Source of the DNA: an uncultured Erysipelotrichaceae bacterium
GTDB lineage: Bacteria; Bacillota_I; Bacilli_A; Erysipelotrichales; Erysipelotrichaceae
Assembly: GCA_942493105.1 (NCBI GenBank)
Contig: OW818668.1
Span: 1,650,001 to 1,682,000 of the forward strand
Reading direction: 5' to 3'
DNA length: 32,000 bases
Shown: one piece after another, positions 24,480 to 32,000 of the stretch
Layout of the letters: the number at the start of each line of letters is the position of its first letter
Numbering within the stretch: the first letter of the stretch is position 1
Program-made: the position numbers and the translations under genes
Notes under the pieces: generated by a model
What the model was told of the DNA's origin: nothing
Databases searched by the model: none
What the model saw: only the letters and a program-made list of their open reading frames with translations

Positions 24480-24480
24480 G

Positions 24481-26673
24481 TTATTTTATGCTACGATCGA
24501 CACTCAATACACTAGGTACTTTTTTAAGATTAGCCATAACGACTTTTAAATGCTCGGCATCATTGACAATAACCGTAACATTGGTGATCGCAGTGATCTT
24601 ATCATCCAAAACAGACGAGTTGATCGAAGTCATCCCTGCTTTGGTTTGAGAAAGCACGGTCACTAAATCAGATACCAAAAATGATCGATCAGTTGCGGTA
24701 ATGTAGAGTTTGACCTCATATTTCCCTTCAGTAATGGTTTCATCCCACATGACATCAATTAAACGTTTGGTTTCATTTTTAATATTTGGACAATCTTTGC
24801 GATGGACTTTAACACCTTGGCCTTTACTGATGAATCCAACGATTTCATCACCCGGGACAGGTGAACAGCATCCAGCTAAATTGATCATCATGGAATCCAC
24901 ACCTGCTACTCTTATTCCGGATTTTGAGATGGATCGTTTTGCAGGTTGTCTAAATAATTTCTCTAAATTGAAACCATCCAAAATAGAGCGTTTCGTCGTT
25001 AACTTTTCCATGACCGCTGCCAAAGATAAAGATTTTACAGCCAATGCATAATAGAAATCATTGACATTGCTGACCGCAAAGTGATTTAAAACGCTATCTA
25101 GTCTTTTTGAATTGACATATTCTTTTTCATCCAGAGCTCTGCGTTTAAGTTCATCGATGAACATTTGTTGACCTTTGGTGATAAACTCTGCCCTGTCTTC
25201 AAGTTCTTTGTGTTGTAAAAAACCCTTTATTTTACTTCTGGCGTGAGATGTCTTAACGATCTTCAACCAATCTTCAGAAGGTCCGTTGGATTGTTTAGAA
25301 GTCTTAATTTGAACGACATCCCCTGTTTTAAGAGGTGTATTTAAAGGAACCATTGTATTGTTGATGATGGCTCCAACCGTCTGATGACCCACTTCTGTAT
25401 GAATCCTATAGGCAAAATCTAAAGGTGTTGCCCCATTGGGTAAATCGATGACACGTCCCTTAGGAGACATGACATAAACATTGGCTTCAAAAACATCATG
25501 CGTCAATATATCCATGTATTCACCAGCAGACTCAGATTCATCCGTCAACATGCCTAAGTCTTTGAACCAACCCAATTTATCTTCGATTTCTTTTTGTTCC
25601 TGAGGTTGAGAACGCTTTACGCCTTCTTTATAGCGCCAGTGAGCTGCAACCCCTTTTTCAGCAATATCATCCATTTGTTCAGTTCGGATCTGGACTTCAA
25701 AGATACTGCCTTCTGTTCCTACGATGGTCGTATGTAAAGACTGATACATATTCATCTTAGGCATGGCGATATAATCTTTTAAACGTCCAGGGATCGGTCT
25801 GTAATTCGCATGGATATAGCCCAAGATCTCATAACAGTTCAATTCTGATTTGGTGACGATACGAATCGCATTAAGATCCAAGATTTCATCAAAACGCTTA
25901 TTCTTTGTGGTCATTTTTTTATAGATGCTATAAAGATGTTTAGACCGACCAAAAATCCTAAACTGAATGTTTTCGTTGCTCAAAACTTGACCAATATCCT
26001 TGATCATGGTATCAACTTGCTTATCGCGCTCTACTTTACGCAATTCGACCATATGAGCCACTTCATAATATTTCTCAGGGTACAGATAATAGAAACTGAG
26101 ATCTTCTAATTCATTTTTGATTTCACTGATCCCTAATCGATGTGCAATTGGGGCATAAACTTCTAAGGTTTCAGATGCAATCTTTTTTTGTTTTTCTGGA
26201 GGCATATACTGCAATGTACGCATGTTATGCAAACGATCCACCAATTTGATCAAAATAACTCGAATATCCTTGGCCATCGCAATAAAGATCTTTCGATGAT
26301 TGACCGCAAGATATTCTTTTTCATCCTTAAACTCAATATTACCGATCTTAGTTACGGACTCAACCAAGGTCGTTATTTCATCGTCAAAAGCTTTGACCAT
26401 GTCTTCTCGAGGAACACCGCAATCTTCTAAAACATCATGCAACAGACCAGCACAGATGGTCTTAGGTCCAACTTTGAGCGTACTTAAAATCAAGGCTACC
26501 TGAATCAAGTGATTGATATAAGGTTCCCCGCTTTTACGGAACTGTCCTTCATGTTTCTCAGTCGCATAAGCCAAAGCTTTTTCGATCAGTTCAACATGAG
26601 CTGGATTCGTAATGTAGGTTTTGACACTTTCAGTCAGTGCTGAAACGCCTATGATTCCAAGATTCTCGCTCAT
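24481..26673 (-). CDS. relA: Bifunctional (p)ppGpp synthetase/hydrolase Rel (long RSH)
   Basis: 730 aa. HD hydrolase domain (HLIQVALIL...LLHDVLED), synthetase domain (...YRPIPGRLKDYIAMPKMNMYQSLHTT...EVQIRT), TGS domain (VYVMSPKGRVIDLPNGATPLDFAY), and a C-terminal ACT-like domain. Confidence 0.95.
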   Translation of the reverse strand: MSENLGIIGVSALTESVKTYITNPAHVELIEKALAYATEKHEGQFRKSGEPYINHLIQVALILSTLKVGPKTICAGLLHDVLEDCGVPREDMVKAFDDEITTLVESVTKIGNIEFKDEKEYLAVNHRKIFIAMAKDIRVILIKLVDRLHNMRTLQYMPPEKQKKIASETLEVYAPIAHRLGISEIKNELEDLSFYYLYPEKYYEVAHMVELRKVERDKQVDTMIKDIGQVLSNENIQFRIFGRSKHLYSIYKKMTTKNKRFDEILDLNAIRIVTKSELNCYEILGYIHANYRPIPGRLKDYIAMPKMNMYQSLHTTIVGTEGSIFEVQIRTEQMDDIAEKGVAAHWRYKEGVKRSQPQEQKEIEDKLGWFKDLGMLTDESESAGEYMDILTHDVFEANVYVMSPKGRVIDLPNGATPLDFAYRIHTEVGHQTVGAIINNTMVPLNTPLKTGDVVQIKTSKQSNGPSEDWLKIVKTSHARSKIKGFLQHKELEDRAEFITKGQQMFIDELKRRALDEKEYVNSKRLDSVLNHFAVSNVNDFYYALAVKSLSLAAVMEKLTTKRSILDGFNLEKLFRQPAKRSISKSGIRVAGVDSMMINLAGCCSPVPGDEIVGFISKGQGVKVHRKDCPNIKNETKRLIDVMWDETITEGKYEVKLYITATDRSFLVSDLVTVLSQTKAGMTSINSSVLDDKITAITNVTVIVNDAEHLKVVMANLKKVPSVLSVDRSIK

Positions 26674-26685
26674 AAATCCTTTCTT

Positions 26686-26710
26686 TACAAAAAAGAGAGT
26701 CGCCTCTCTT
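26686..26710 (-). terminator. Terminator-like hairpin between apt and relA (intra-operon attenuator?)
   Basis: Minus strand reads AAGAGAG-GCGA-CUCUCUU followed by UUUUUG. It starts 2 nt after the apt stop and is followed by the relA SD AAAGGA and the ATG. Confidence 0.5.
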
Positions 26711-26711
26711 G

Positions 26712-27227
26712 TTAATCGTAATTAATTAAGGCAAAGACGTTGTAGCCTTTTAATACTTCACGTCCCTTTAATGCATTCAGTTCAATCAAGAAAGCACAAC
26801 CAACAACAATGCCACCCAGTTGTTCGACGAGTTTGATGGTGGCTTCAACGGTTCCGCCGGTCGCCAATAAATCATCGACGATTAAAACACGTTGACCTGG
26901 TTTGATCGCATCTTTGTGAACATGAAGTTCATTTTCACCATACTCTAGTGCATAAGAATAACTCACTGTTTCTCTAGGTAGTTTCCCTGGTTTTCTAACA
27001 GGAACAAAACCAATTTCTAGAGCTGAAGATACAGGACAGCCAAAAATAAAACCTCTTGATTCTGGTCCTACGATGAGTTCTGCTTGAGTTTCTTGGGCAA
27101 ATTCGACCATAAGATCGGTCGCGGCACGAAACACTTTGCCGTTGGCCATCAAAGGTGTTATGTCTCTAAACAAGATGCCTTCAATTGGGAAATTCGGTAT
27201 GTCTGCGATGTATTTTTTAAAGTCCAT
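26712..27227 (-). CDS. apt: Adenine phosphoribosyltransferase
   Basis: 171 aa. PRPP-binding motif [13 protein letters not shown]; [15 protein letters not shown]-terminus. Confidence 0.95.
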   Translation of the reverse strand: MDFKKYIADIPNFPIEGILFRDITPLMANGKVFRAATDLMVEFAQETQAELIVGPESRGFIFGCPVSSALEIGFVPVRKPGKLPRETVSYSYALEYGENELHVHKDAIKPGQRVLIVDDLLATGGTVEATIKLVEQLGGIVVGCAFLIELNALKGREVLKGYNVFALINYD

Positions 27228-27248
27228 GGTTTTTCCTCACACTCACCT

Positions 27249-27277
27249 ATTATAGTCAAAACAAAACGATAAAACAA
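27249..27277 (-). promoter_or_regulatory. Putative apt-relA promoter
   Basis: Minus strand reads TTGTTT (27277-27272), 17-nt spacer, TATAAT (27254-27249). SD GAGGAAA follows. Confidence 0.5.
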
Positions 27278-27279
27278 GC

Positions 27280-28848
27280 CTAAGTCCAAGACTCTGCAAC
27301 AATACTGAAACTTACTTTTCCTCTAAAATTATTGAGACTTAAACGACCTGAACAACTTATTACTTCTTTATCGAATTGGGTTTCATCACATTGACTGAAA
27401 CATAAGATATCGATCATTGTCCCATCCGAATCAACTTGCCATTTATAGCCATTCTTAAGCCTTGTAGAGTTGATTACTTGAGCTTGGTGTATTTCTACTT
27501 CAGGGAGTTCAAAGCCTTGCCCAAAGGGTTTATAGGTCATTAAACGTGTATATGACTCTATGCTATAGAGTTCAGAACTGAATCTTATTGTTAGTCGTTC
27601 ACTGGGACTAAATGATAAACCATCTGTAGAGTGATAAACACTGTTTTTAAATGATTCATATTGATTTTCTGCAATTTCTATTCCGGCAGCTAAGGCATGA
27701 CCTCCATAACGCATCGTATACTGCAAACTGTCTTTCAACAGATCTCTTAAATCATAACCTAAGGGGGCTCTTAAACTGCCTTTGTAAGAATGATCTTTAT
27801 GGGCTAAAACAATGACTGGTTTCTTAGTTTTGCGTGATAGTTGACCCGCTGTGATCCCAACGATACCCTCATGAAAATCAGGATCATCAAGGATGATGAC
27901 CGCATGCGGATCACTCAGTGCACTGCTTGTCTTACTCATCATCGTAGAGTTGACACTTTTACGTTTTTCATTGACTGCTTTGATTTTTTCAGCTTTTTGT
28001 AAGATCTGTTGAAGATCTTCGCTACAGAAATATTCAACTAAGGTATGGACACTTACTTCATCATTCATACGCCCAATCGCATTGATTTTAGGAACGATTT
28101 GAAAGGCAATGCCCAACTCATCAAAAACATCAGCTTTATCTGCCAAAGCTTGTATATTGGGATAATGATACTGATTAAGGTTATTTAAACCTTCTTTGAT
28201 CAAGGTTCGATTATAACCCCATAGATCCATGACATCAGCGATCGTAGCAATGGCAGCTAGACTGCAAAGATATGGATTTGGTTTTAAATGAACCGATAAC
28301 ATATATGCCAATGCACTTCCACAGCTGTACTGATAGTGATTTTCGATCAAATCAGGATGAATAAGGATACTGCAGGTTATTTTTTCGGTGATCTCATGAT
28401 GATCTAAGATGATTGAGTCAATATGTTCTTGATCAAGTTTTTCAAGGGCCTCAAAAGCACTTACCCCATTATCAACCAATATAAACAAACTGTAACCTTT
28501 ATCAAGGGCTTTATTGACCGTTGATAAACTTAACCCATAACCTTCATCAACCCGATGCGGTATATAATAACCAACCTGTGCTCCCAAATCTCTCAAAGTT
28601 TTAACCAAGATGGATGTAGAACAAATCCCATCCGCATCATAATCCCCGCATACGATGATCTTTTCATGTTTGTCGATTGCATTTAAAATACGATCTTTGG
28701 CTTGAATAAAAAGCGGATGCGAAGATGGCTCGATGATATGTGGATATAATAGTTGATCCAATTGATCATCATCGAGTTGGTTAAAATAACATACTTCTGT
28801 TAATAATAAGTCATGTGTTTTATCAAGATAGTGTTGTTTAGAAATCAT
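27280..28848 (-). CDS. recJ: Single-stranded-DNA-specific exonuclease RecJ (short form)
   Basis: 522 aa. DHH motifs (VCGDYDADGICS, VDNG, LDHHE) and DHHA1 (GGHALAAG). No SD upstream of the ATG. Confidence 0.85.
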   Translation of the reverse strand: MISKQHYLDKTHDLLLTEVCYFNQLDDDQLDQLLYPHIIEPSSHPLFIQAKDRILNAIDKHEKIIVCGDYDADGICSTSILVKTLRDLGAQVGYYIPHRVDEGYGLSLSTVNKALDKGYSLFILVDNGVSAFEALEKLDQEHIDSIILDHHEITEKITCSILIHPDLIENHYQYSCGSALAYMLSVHLKPNPYLCSLAAIATIADVMDLWGYNRTLIKEGLNNLNQYHYPNIQALADKADVFDELGIAFQIVPKINAIGRMNDEVSVHTLVEYFCSEDLQQILQKAEKIKAVNEKRKSVNSTMMSKTSSALSDPHAVIILDDPDFHEGIVGITAGQLSRKTKKPVIVLAHKDHSYKGSLRAPLGYDLRDLLKDSLQYTMRYGGHALAAGIEIAENQYESFKNSVYHSTDGLSFSPSERLTIRFSSELYSIESYTRLMTYKPFGQGFELPEVEIHQAQVINSTRLKNGYKWQVDSDGTMIDILCFSQCDETQFDKEVISCSGRLSLNNFRGKVSFSIVAESWT

Positions 28849-28863
28849 GAATTCAGTTTAGCA

Positions 28864-28890
28864 TAAAAAAAGAACAGCGAAGCTGTTCTT
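28864..28890 (-). terminator. Intrinsic terminator at the secDF stop, directly upstream of recJ
   Basis: Minus strand reads AAGAACAGC-UUC-GCUGUUCUU+UUUUU. The secDF TAA (28891-28889) lies within the 5' arm. Confidence 0.8.
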
Positions 28891-31165
28891 AATCATTAAT
28901 TCCGATGATGGTCAATTCATCTAATTCTTCTTTTTTAGTCTTCTTATGCGTGATTTGCTTCTTTGGCTTACGGTTAAAACGAATGTTTAACCACAATTGA
29001 GCAGCTATGAAGATTGAAGAGTATGCCCCTGCCAACAAGCCGATAAACATGGCGAAGTTGAAGGTAAAGATGGCTTTTGAACCTAAAAGCAGCAAGAAGA
29101 CCATTGGGATCAAGGTCGTTGTCGTATTCCATAAGGAACGCAATACTACACCGCTTAAGGCATCGTTGACAACTTTCTTATAGTCATTTTTAGAATAGTT
29201 TGGTTTATTTAAGTTATGTAAGGTTTCACGAATTCGATCAAAGATAACGATGGTATCATCAACAGAATAACCGATGATGGCCAAGATGACCGCAATCAAT
29301 TCAGTAGTAACATCTAATCTAAAGATGGCAAATATTGATAAAACGATAAAGACGTCATGTAGCAAAGCAACGATGGTCGCAATACCATAATCCCATTCAA
29401 ATCTCAAGGATACAAAGAGCATCATCAAGATCCATGCGATGATTGAAGCTAATATTGCATTCTTGACCAATTCATTACCAATCAAAGGTGTTACAACACT
29501 TTCATTGATTTCTTGGCCATATTTCTCAAGCATCGTTTCACCGATATCGTCAAGTTTGGCTCTACTTAATGCTTCAGTCGTCGTGACATATGCCATTTTT
29601 GTACCTGATAATTGGACATTGAAGTTTTGTAATCCCAATGCTTCGAAATCAGCTATGATCTGACTTTCTGTCAAAATGACATCAGAGTTAACTGTAATTT
29701 TAGTACCGGAAGCAAAGTCGATGCCCAAATTCATGGCTCCTTTGCCTGTTGCCAGATTAAAGGTCGCTGATGCAAAACCTAGACTCAATATGACGATGGA
29801 TCCAATAATGAAAGGTTTGGCTAACTTAACGAAATCAAATCCTGCGAAAGGACCAAAATATCGTTGCTCTTCACCTTTTGTTACATCTGGGATATGTTTC
29901 AGTTTTACCTTAAACCAGGTCTTTTTATCATCAAGATAACCCGAACTGACAAGTAAGCCTAAAACAAATTTGACGAAGAAAACGTTGATGAGGATGGTTA
30001 CGATGATGGTGACCATCAACATAGTTGAGAAGCCTTTAACTGGACCTGTACCAAAGATATACATGATGACCGCAGCTATAAAGGTCGTTGATTGAGAATC
30101 TACAATGGTGACCCATGATAAATTATGACCTTCAGTAAATGACTTCTTAACAGAACGACCCAAATACAATTCATCCCGAATTCTTTCAAAGGTCAAAATA
30201 TTCGCATCGACGGTCATCCCAACACCCATGACCAATGCGGCAATACCTGGTAAAGTATACACACCACCAATCGAGTTATAGATGAGAATTACGATAAATA
30301 CATATAGGATCAGCATCAAAGCTGAAATCAAACCAGGTAAAGCATACATGAAGATCATAAATACGGCTACGCTCAAGACCCCAACGACACCTGCAATTGC
30401 AGTTGTCTTAAATGAATCTATCCCGAATTCAGCACTGACTTCATTAGAATAAAGTTCAGTCATTTTAACCGGTAACGAACCTGAATTGATCAAGTTGGAA
30501 AGTTGACGTGCATAAACTTCAGTAAAACTGCCTTTGATGACCGCATCTCCAGAAATTGCGCTTTCAACTGAAGCTGCAGAAATAAATTTAGGTTCTGCTT
30601 TGGCTTTTTCAGTTGCGTATTTATCGGTCGCAGGATTAAAATCCAACCATGTGACCATGGTATTGTCTGTCATTTTTGAAACAGCCAATGTTATTTCTTT
30701 AAATTTAGCTTTGTCTTTGATTTTTAAAGACACGACAACGACGCCGTTTTCATAGGCTAAAGAAGCCCCACCTTCTTCAAGAATGGTCGCATCTGCCAGC
30801 AGTTTATCGTTGACATCCCTAAAAGTAAGGTTTGCTGTCGTTGATATCAATTTTCGAGCTTCATCTTGATTGGTGATCCCTGCCAATTGGATACGGATCC
30901 GATTGTCACCTTCTACGATGATGTCTGGTTCATTGACCCCAATGATATCAATTCTCTTACGAATACTGGCAACAACAGCCGATACATCCGGTAAAGTCCC
31001 GCCTTCAACCAATGGGCTAACTTCATAAACGATCTCAAAACCGCCTTGAAGATCAAGTCCCAATGTCATATTGTCAGCGACATCCTTAGCGAAGAGTCCT
31101 ACCATCGTCAAGACTGCCAATACAGTCACCGCAAAGATGACCAATCTGCTCTTTTTTCTTTTCAT
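28889..31165 (-). CDS. secDF: Protein-export membrane protein SecDF (fused SecD-SecF)
   Basis: 758 aa. N-terminal TM helix, a large periplasmic-type domain, then two 6-TM RND-like halves. LDLQGGFEIVYEV and LGIDFASGTKI are SecD/SecF signatures. SD GGAGGA lies in the last codons of the upstream gene. Confidence 0.95.
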   Translation of the reverse strand: MKRKKSRLVIFAVTVLAVLTMVGLFAKDVADNMTLGLDLQGGFEIVYEVSPLVEGGTLPDVSAVVASIRKRIDIIGVNEPDIIVEGDNRIRIQLAGITNQDEARKLISTTANLTFRDVNDKLLADATILEEGGASLAYENGVVVVSLKIKDKAKFKEITLAVSKMTDNTMVTWLDFNPATDKYATEKAKAEPKFISAASVESAISGDAVIKGSFTEVYARQLSNLINSGSLPVKMTELYSNEVSAEFGIDSFKTTAIAGVVGVLSVAVFMIFMYALPGLISALMLILYVFIVILIYNSIGGVYTLPGIAALVMGVGMTVDANILTFERIRDELYLGRSVKKSFTEGHNLSWVTIVDSQSTTFIAAVIMYIFGTGPVKGFSTMLMVTIIVTILINVFFVKFVLGLLVSSGYLDDKKTWFKVKLKHIPDVTKGEEQRYFGPFAGFDFVKLAKPFIIGSIVILSLGFASATFNLATGKGAMNLGIDFASGTKITVNSDVILTESQIIADFEALGLQNFNVQLSGTKMAYVTTTEALSRAKLDDIGETMLEKYGQEINESVVTPLIGNELVKNAILASIIAWILMMLFVSLRFEWDYGIATIVALLHDVFIVLSIFAIFRLDVTTELIAVILAIIGYSVDDTIVIFDRIRETLHNLNKPNYSKNDYKKVVNDALSGVVLRSLWNTTTTLIPMVFLLLLGSKAIFTFNFAMFIGLLAGAYSSIFIAAQLWLNIRFNRKPKKQITHKKTKKEELDELTIIGIND

Positions 31166-31168
31166 ACC

Positions 31169-31450
31169 CTATCCTCCGAATAATGTGGAAAAATCATTTA
31201 ATGTTTGATGGTGACCATCAATGACTGCTTGTGTAGAAAGAACCATAACGATTTCTTCTGCTTTTAGGCTCATGATGTCTTCAATGATCTGATGTATATG
31301 TTTAGGATAACCTTCTGACCATTTTACTTTCCAAAGGACGCTCACAAATTGATCATAACTAAGATGAGGTAATGATTCACTTTTGATCATACCCAAACGT
31401 AAAGTAATGGTCATCTTGATTTGAGTTAAAAAAACATCGTCATTTGGCAT
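31169..31450 (-). CDS. Small post-transcriptional-regulator-family protein (ComN/YrzD-like)
   Basis: 93 aa. Sits immediately upstream of secDF as comN (yrzD) does in B. subtilis. The LSYDQFVSVLWKVKW... segment is compatible with that family. The call rests mainly on size and synteny. Confidence 0.45.
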   Translation of the reverse strand: MPNDDVFLTQIKMTITLRLGMIKSESLPHLSYDQFVSVLWKVKWSEGYPKHIHQIIEDIMSLKAEEIVMVLSTQAVIDGHHQTLNDFSTLFGG

Positions 31451-31516
31451 ATGTTCACCAGGTCGCTGTATTATTATAAGTCATAAACTGAAATATTAAA
31501 AGCAAAATCCATTAAT

Positions 31517-32000
31517 CTAAAGTTTATGTACTAAATCCTTAAATAATCTTCCCCGCTGTTCATAATTATCAAACTGATCGTAGCTAGCACAAGCGGGTGA
31601 AAACAGGACGACATCCCCGCTTTGTGAAAGCGAATGAGCACATTTTGTGGCTTCAGTTAAGTCCTCAACAACCAGTGCATTTGGGTATAATGTTTTCAAC
31701 TGATATTTTGTTTCACCATATACGATCATCGTTTTAACTTTATCTAGAAATGGAATCAATGCATCAAAACCTGTTTTTTTATCATAACCTCCTGCCAGTA
31801 AAATGACAGGATTTTCAAATGCCTTAAGTGCAACAACAGTTGCCTCAGCATTGGTACCTTTAGAATCATTGTAGTAAGTGACACCATTTAGTGTTCTGAC
31901 ATACTCAATGCGATGTTCAACGCCTGCAAAATTACGGATGCCCTCTTGGATCAACTGTGTGCTAACACCCAATTTAATGGCCATTGCTGCAGCAACCATC
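31517..32000 (-). CDS. murD: UDP-N-acetylmuramoylalanine--D-glutamate ligase, C-terminal part (N-terminus beyond the window)
   Basis: GVEHRIEYV...YYNDSKGTNAEAT...LLAGGYDKK...SPACASYDQFDNYEQRGRLF is the MurD C-terminal domain. The frame stays open to the window edge. Confidence 0.9.
   Translation of the reverse strand, partial: MVAAAMAIKLGVSTQLIQEGIRNFAGVEHRIEYVRTLNGVTYYNDSKGTNAEATVVALKAFENPVILLAGGYDKKTGFDALIPFLDKVKTMIVYGETKYQLKTLYPNALVVEDLTEATKCAHSLSQSGDVVLFSPACASYDQFDNYEQRGRLFKDLVHKL

Noticed and set aside
1-32000. Search for CRISPR repeats, IS/transposase or integrase genes, phage genes, tRNA/rRNA genes, toxin-antitoxin pairs and long direct or inverted repeats
   Set aside because: None was recognised by eye. 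All ORFs of 90 aa or more that I accept as genes are accounted for by housekeeping functions, apart from the ABC/regulator pair. A computational repeat and tRNA scan (tRNAscan-SE, a self dot-plot) would be needed to exclude short or degenerate elements.

Overview
AT-rich, gene-dense window (about 95% coding, mostly minus strand) from a low-GC Bacillota-type chromosome. Nearly everything is core housekeeping in Bacillus-like conserved blocks. Block 1: rodZ-like, rnpB, gpsB | recU-ponA | nth-dnaD-ypmB-like. Block 2: parE-parC fused without any intergenic base to the yqeG-yqeH-yhbY-nadD/yqeK-rsfS-yqeM-like cluster plus mtnN and a TVP38 membrane protein. Block 3: plsY | yneF. Block 4: murD', comN-like, secDF, recJ, apt, relA, a T-box leader, hisS-aspS. 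Non-coding elements I can support are a type-B RNase P RNA, one T-box riboswitch (apparent Asp GAC specifier), several intrinsic terminators and sigma-A-like promoters. I saw no rRNA, tRNA, CRISPR array, transposase, integrase or long repeat. The only segment that breaks the conserved synteny is 18.0-21.2 kb, and it is my best candidate for something undescribed. It holds a translationally coupled two-gene operon: an ABCB-type half-transporter plus an atypical His-rich XRE-HTH/all-helical (RRNPP/Rgg-like) regulator. A ~180-nt highly structured leader precedes it and ends in an intrinsic terminator placed directly against the ribosome-binding site. I could not assign this leader to any riboswitch class I know by motif. 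That claim rests on hand folding only and needs an Rfam scan and covariation analysis. Secondary observations: a NadD-YqeK fusion, a ~325-aa C-terminal extension on PBP1A with a PASTA-like segment, terminator hairpins inside operons (secDF|recJ, apt|relA), and several genes with no Shine-Dalgarno or apparently leaderless. Note that the ORF track uses the longest ORF and alternative start codons, so I moved several starts downstream to ATGs with a proper SD.
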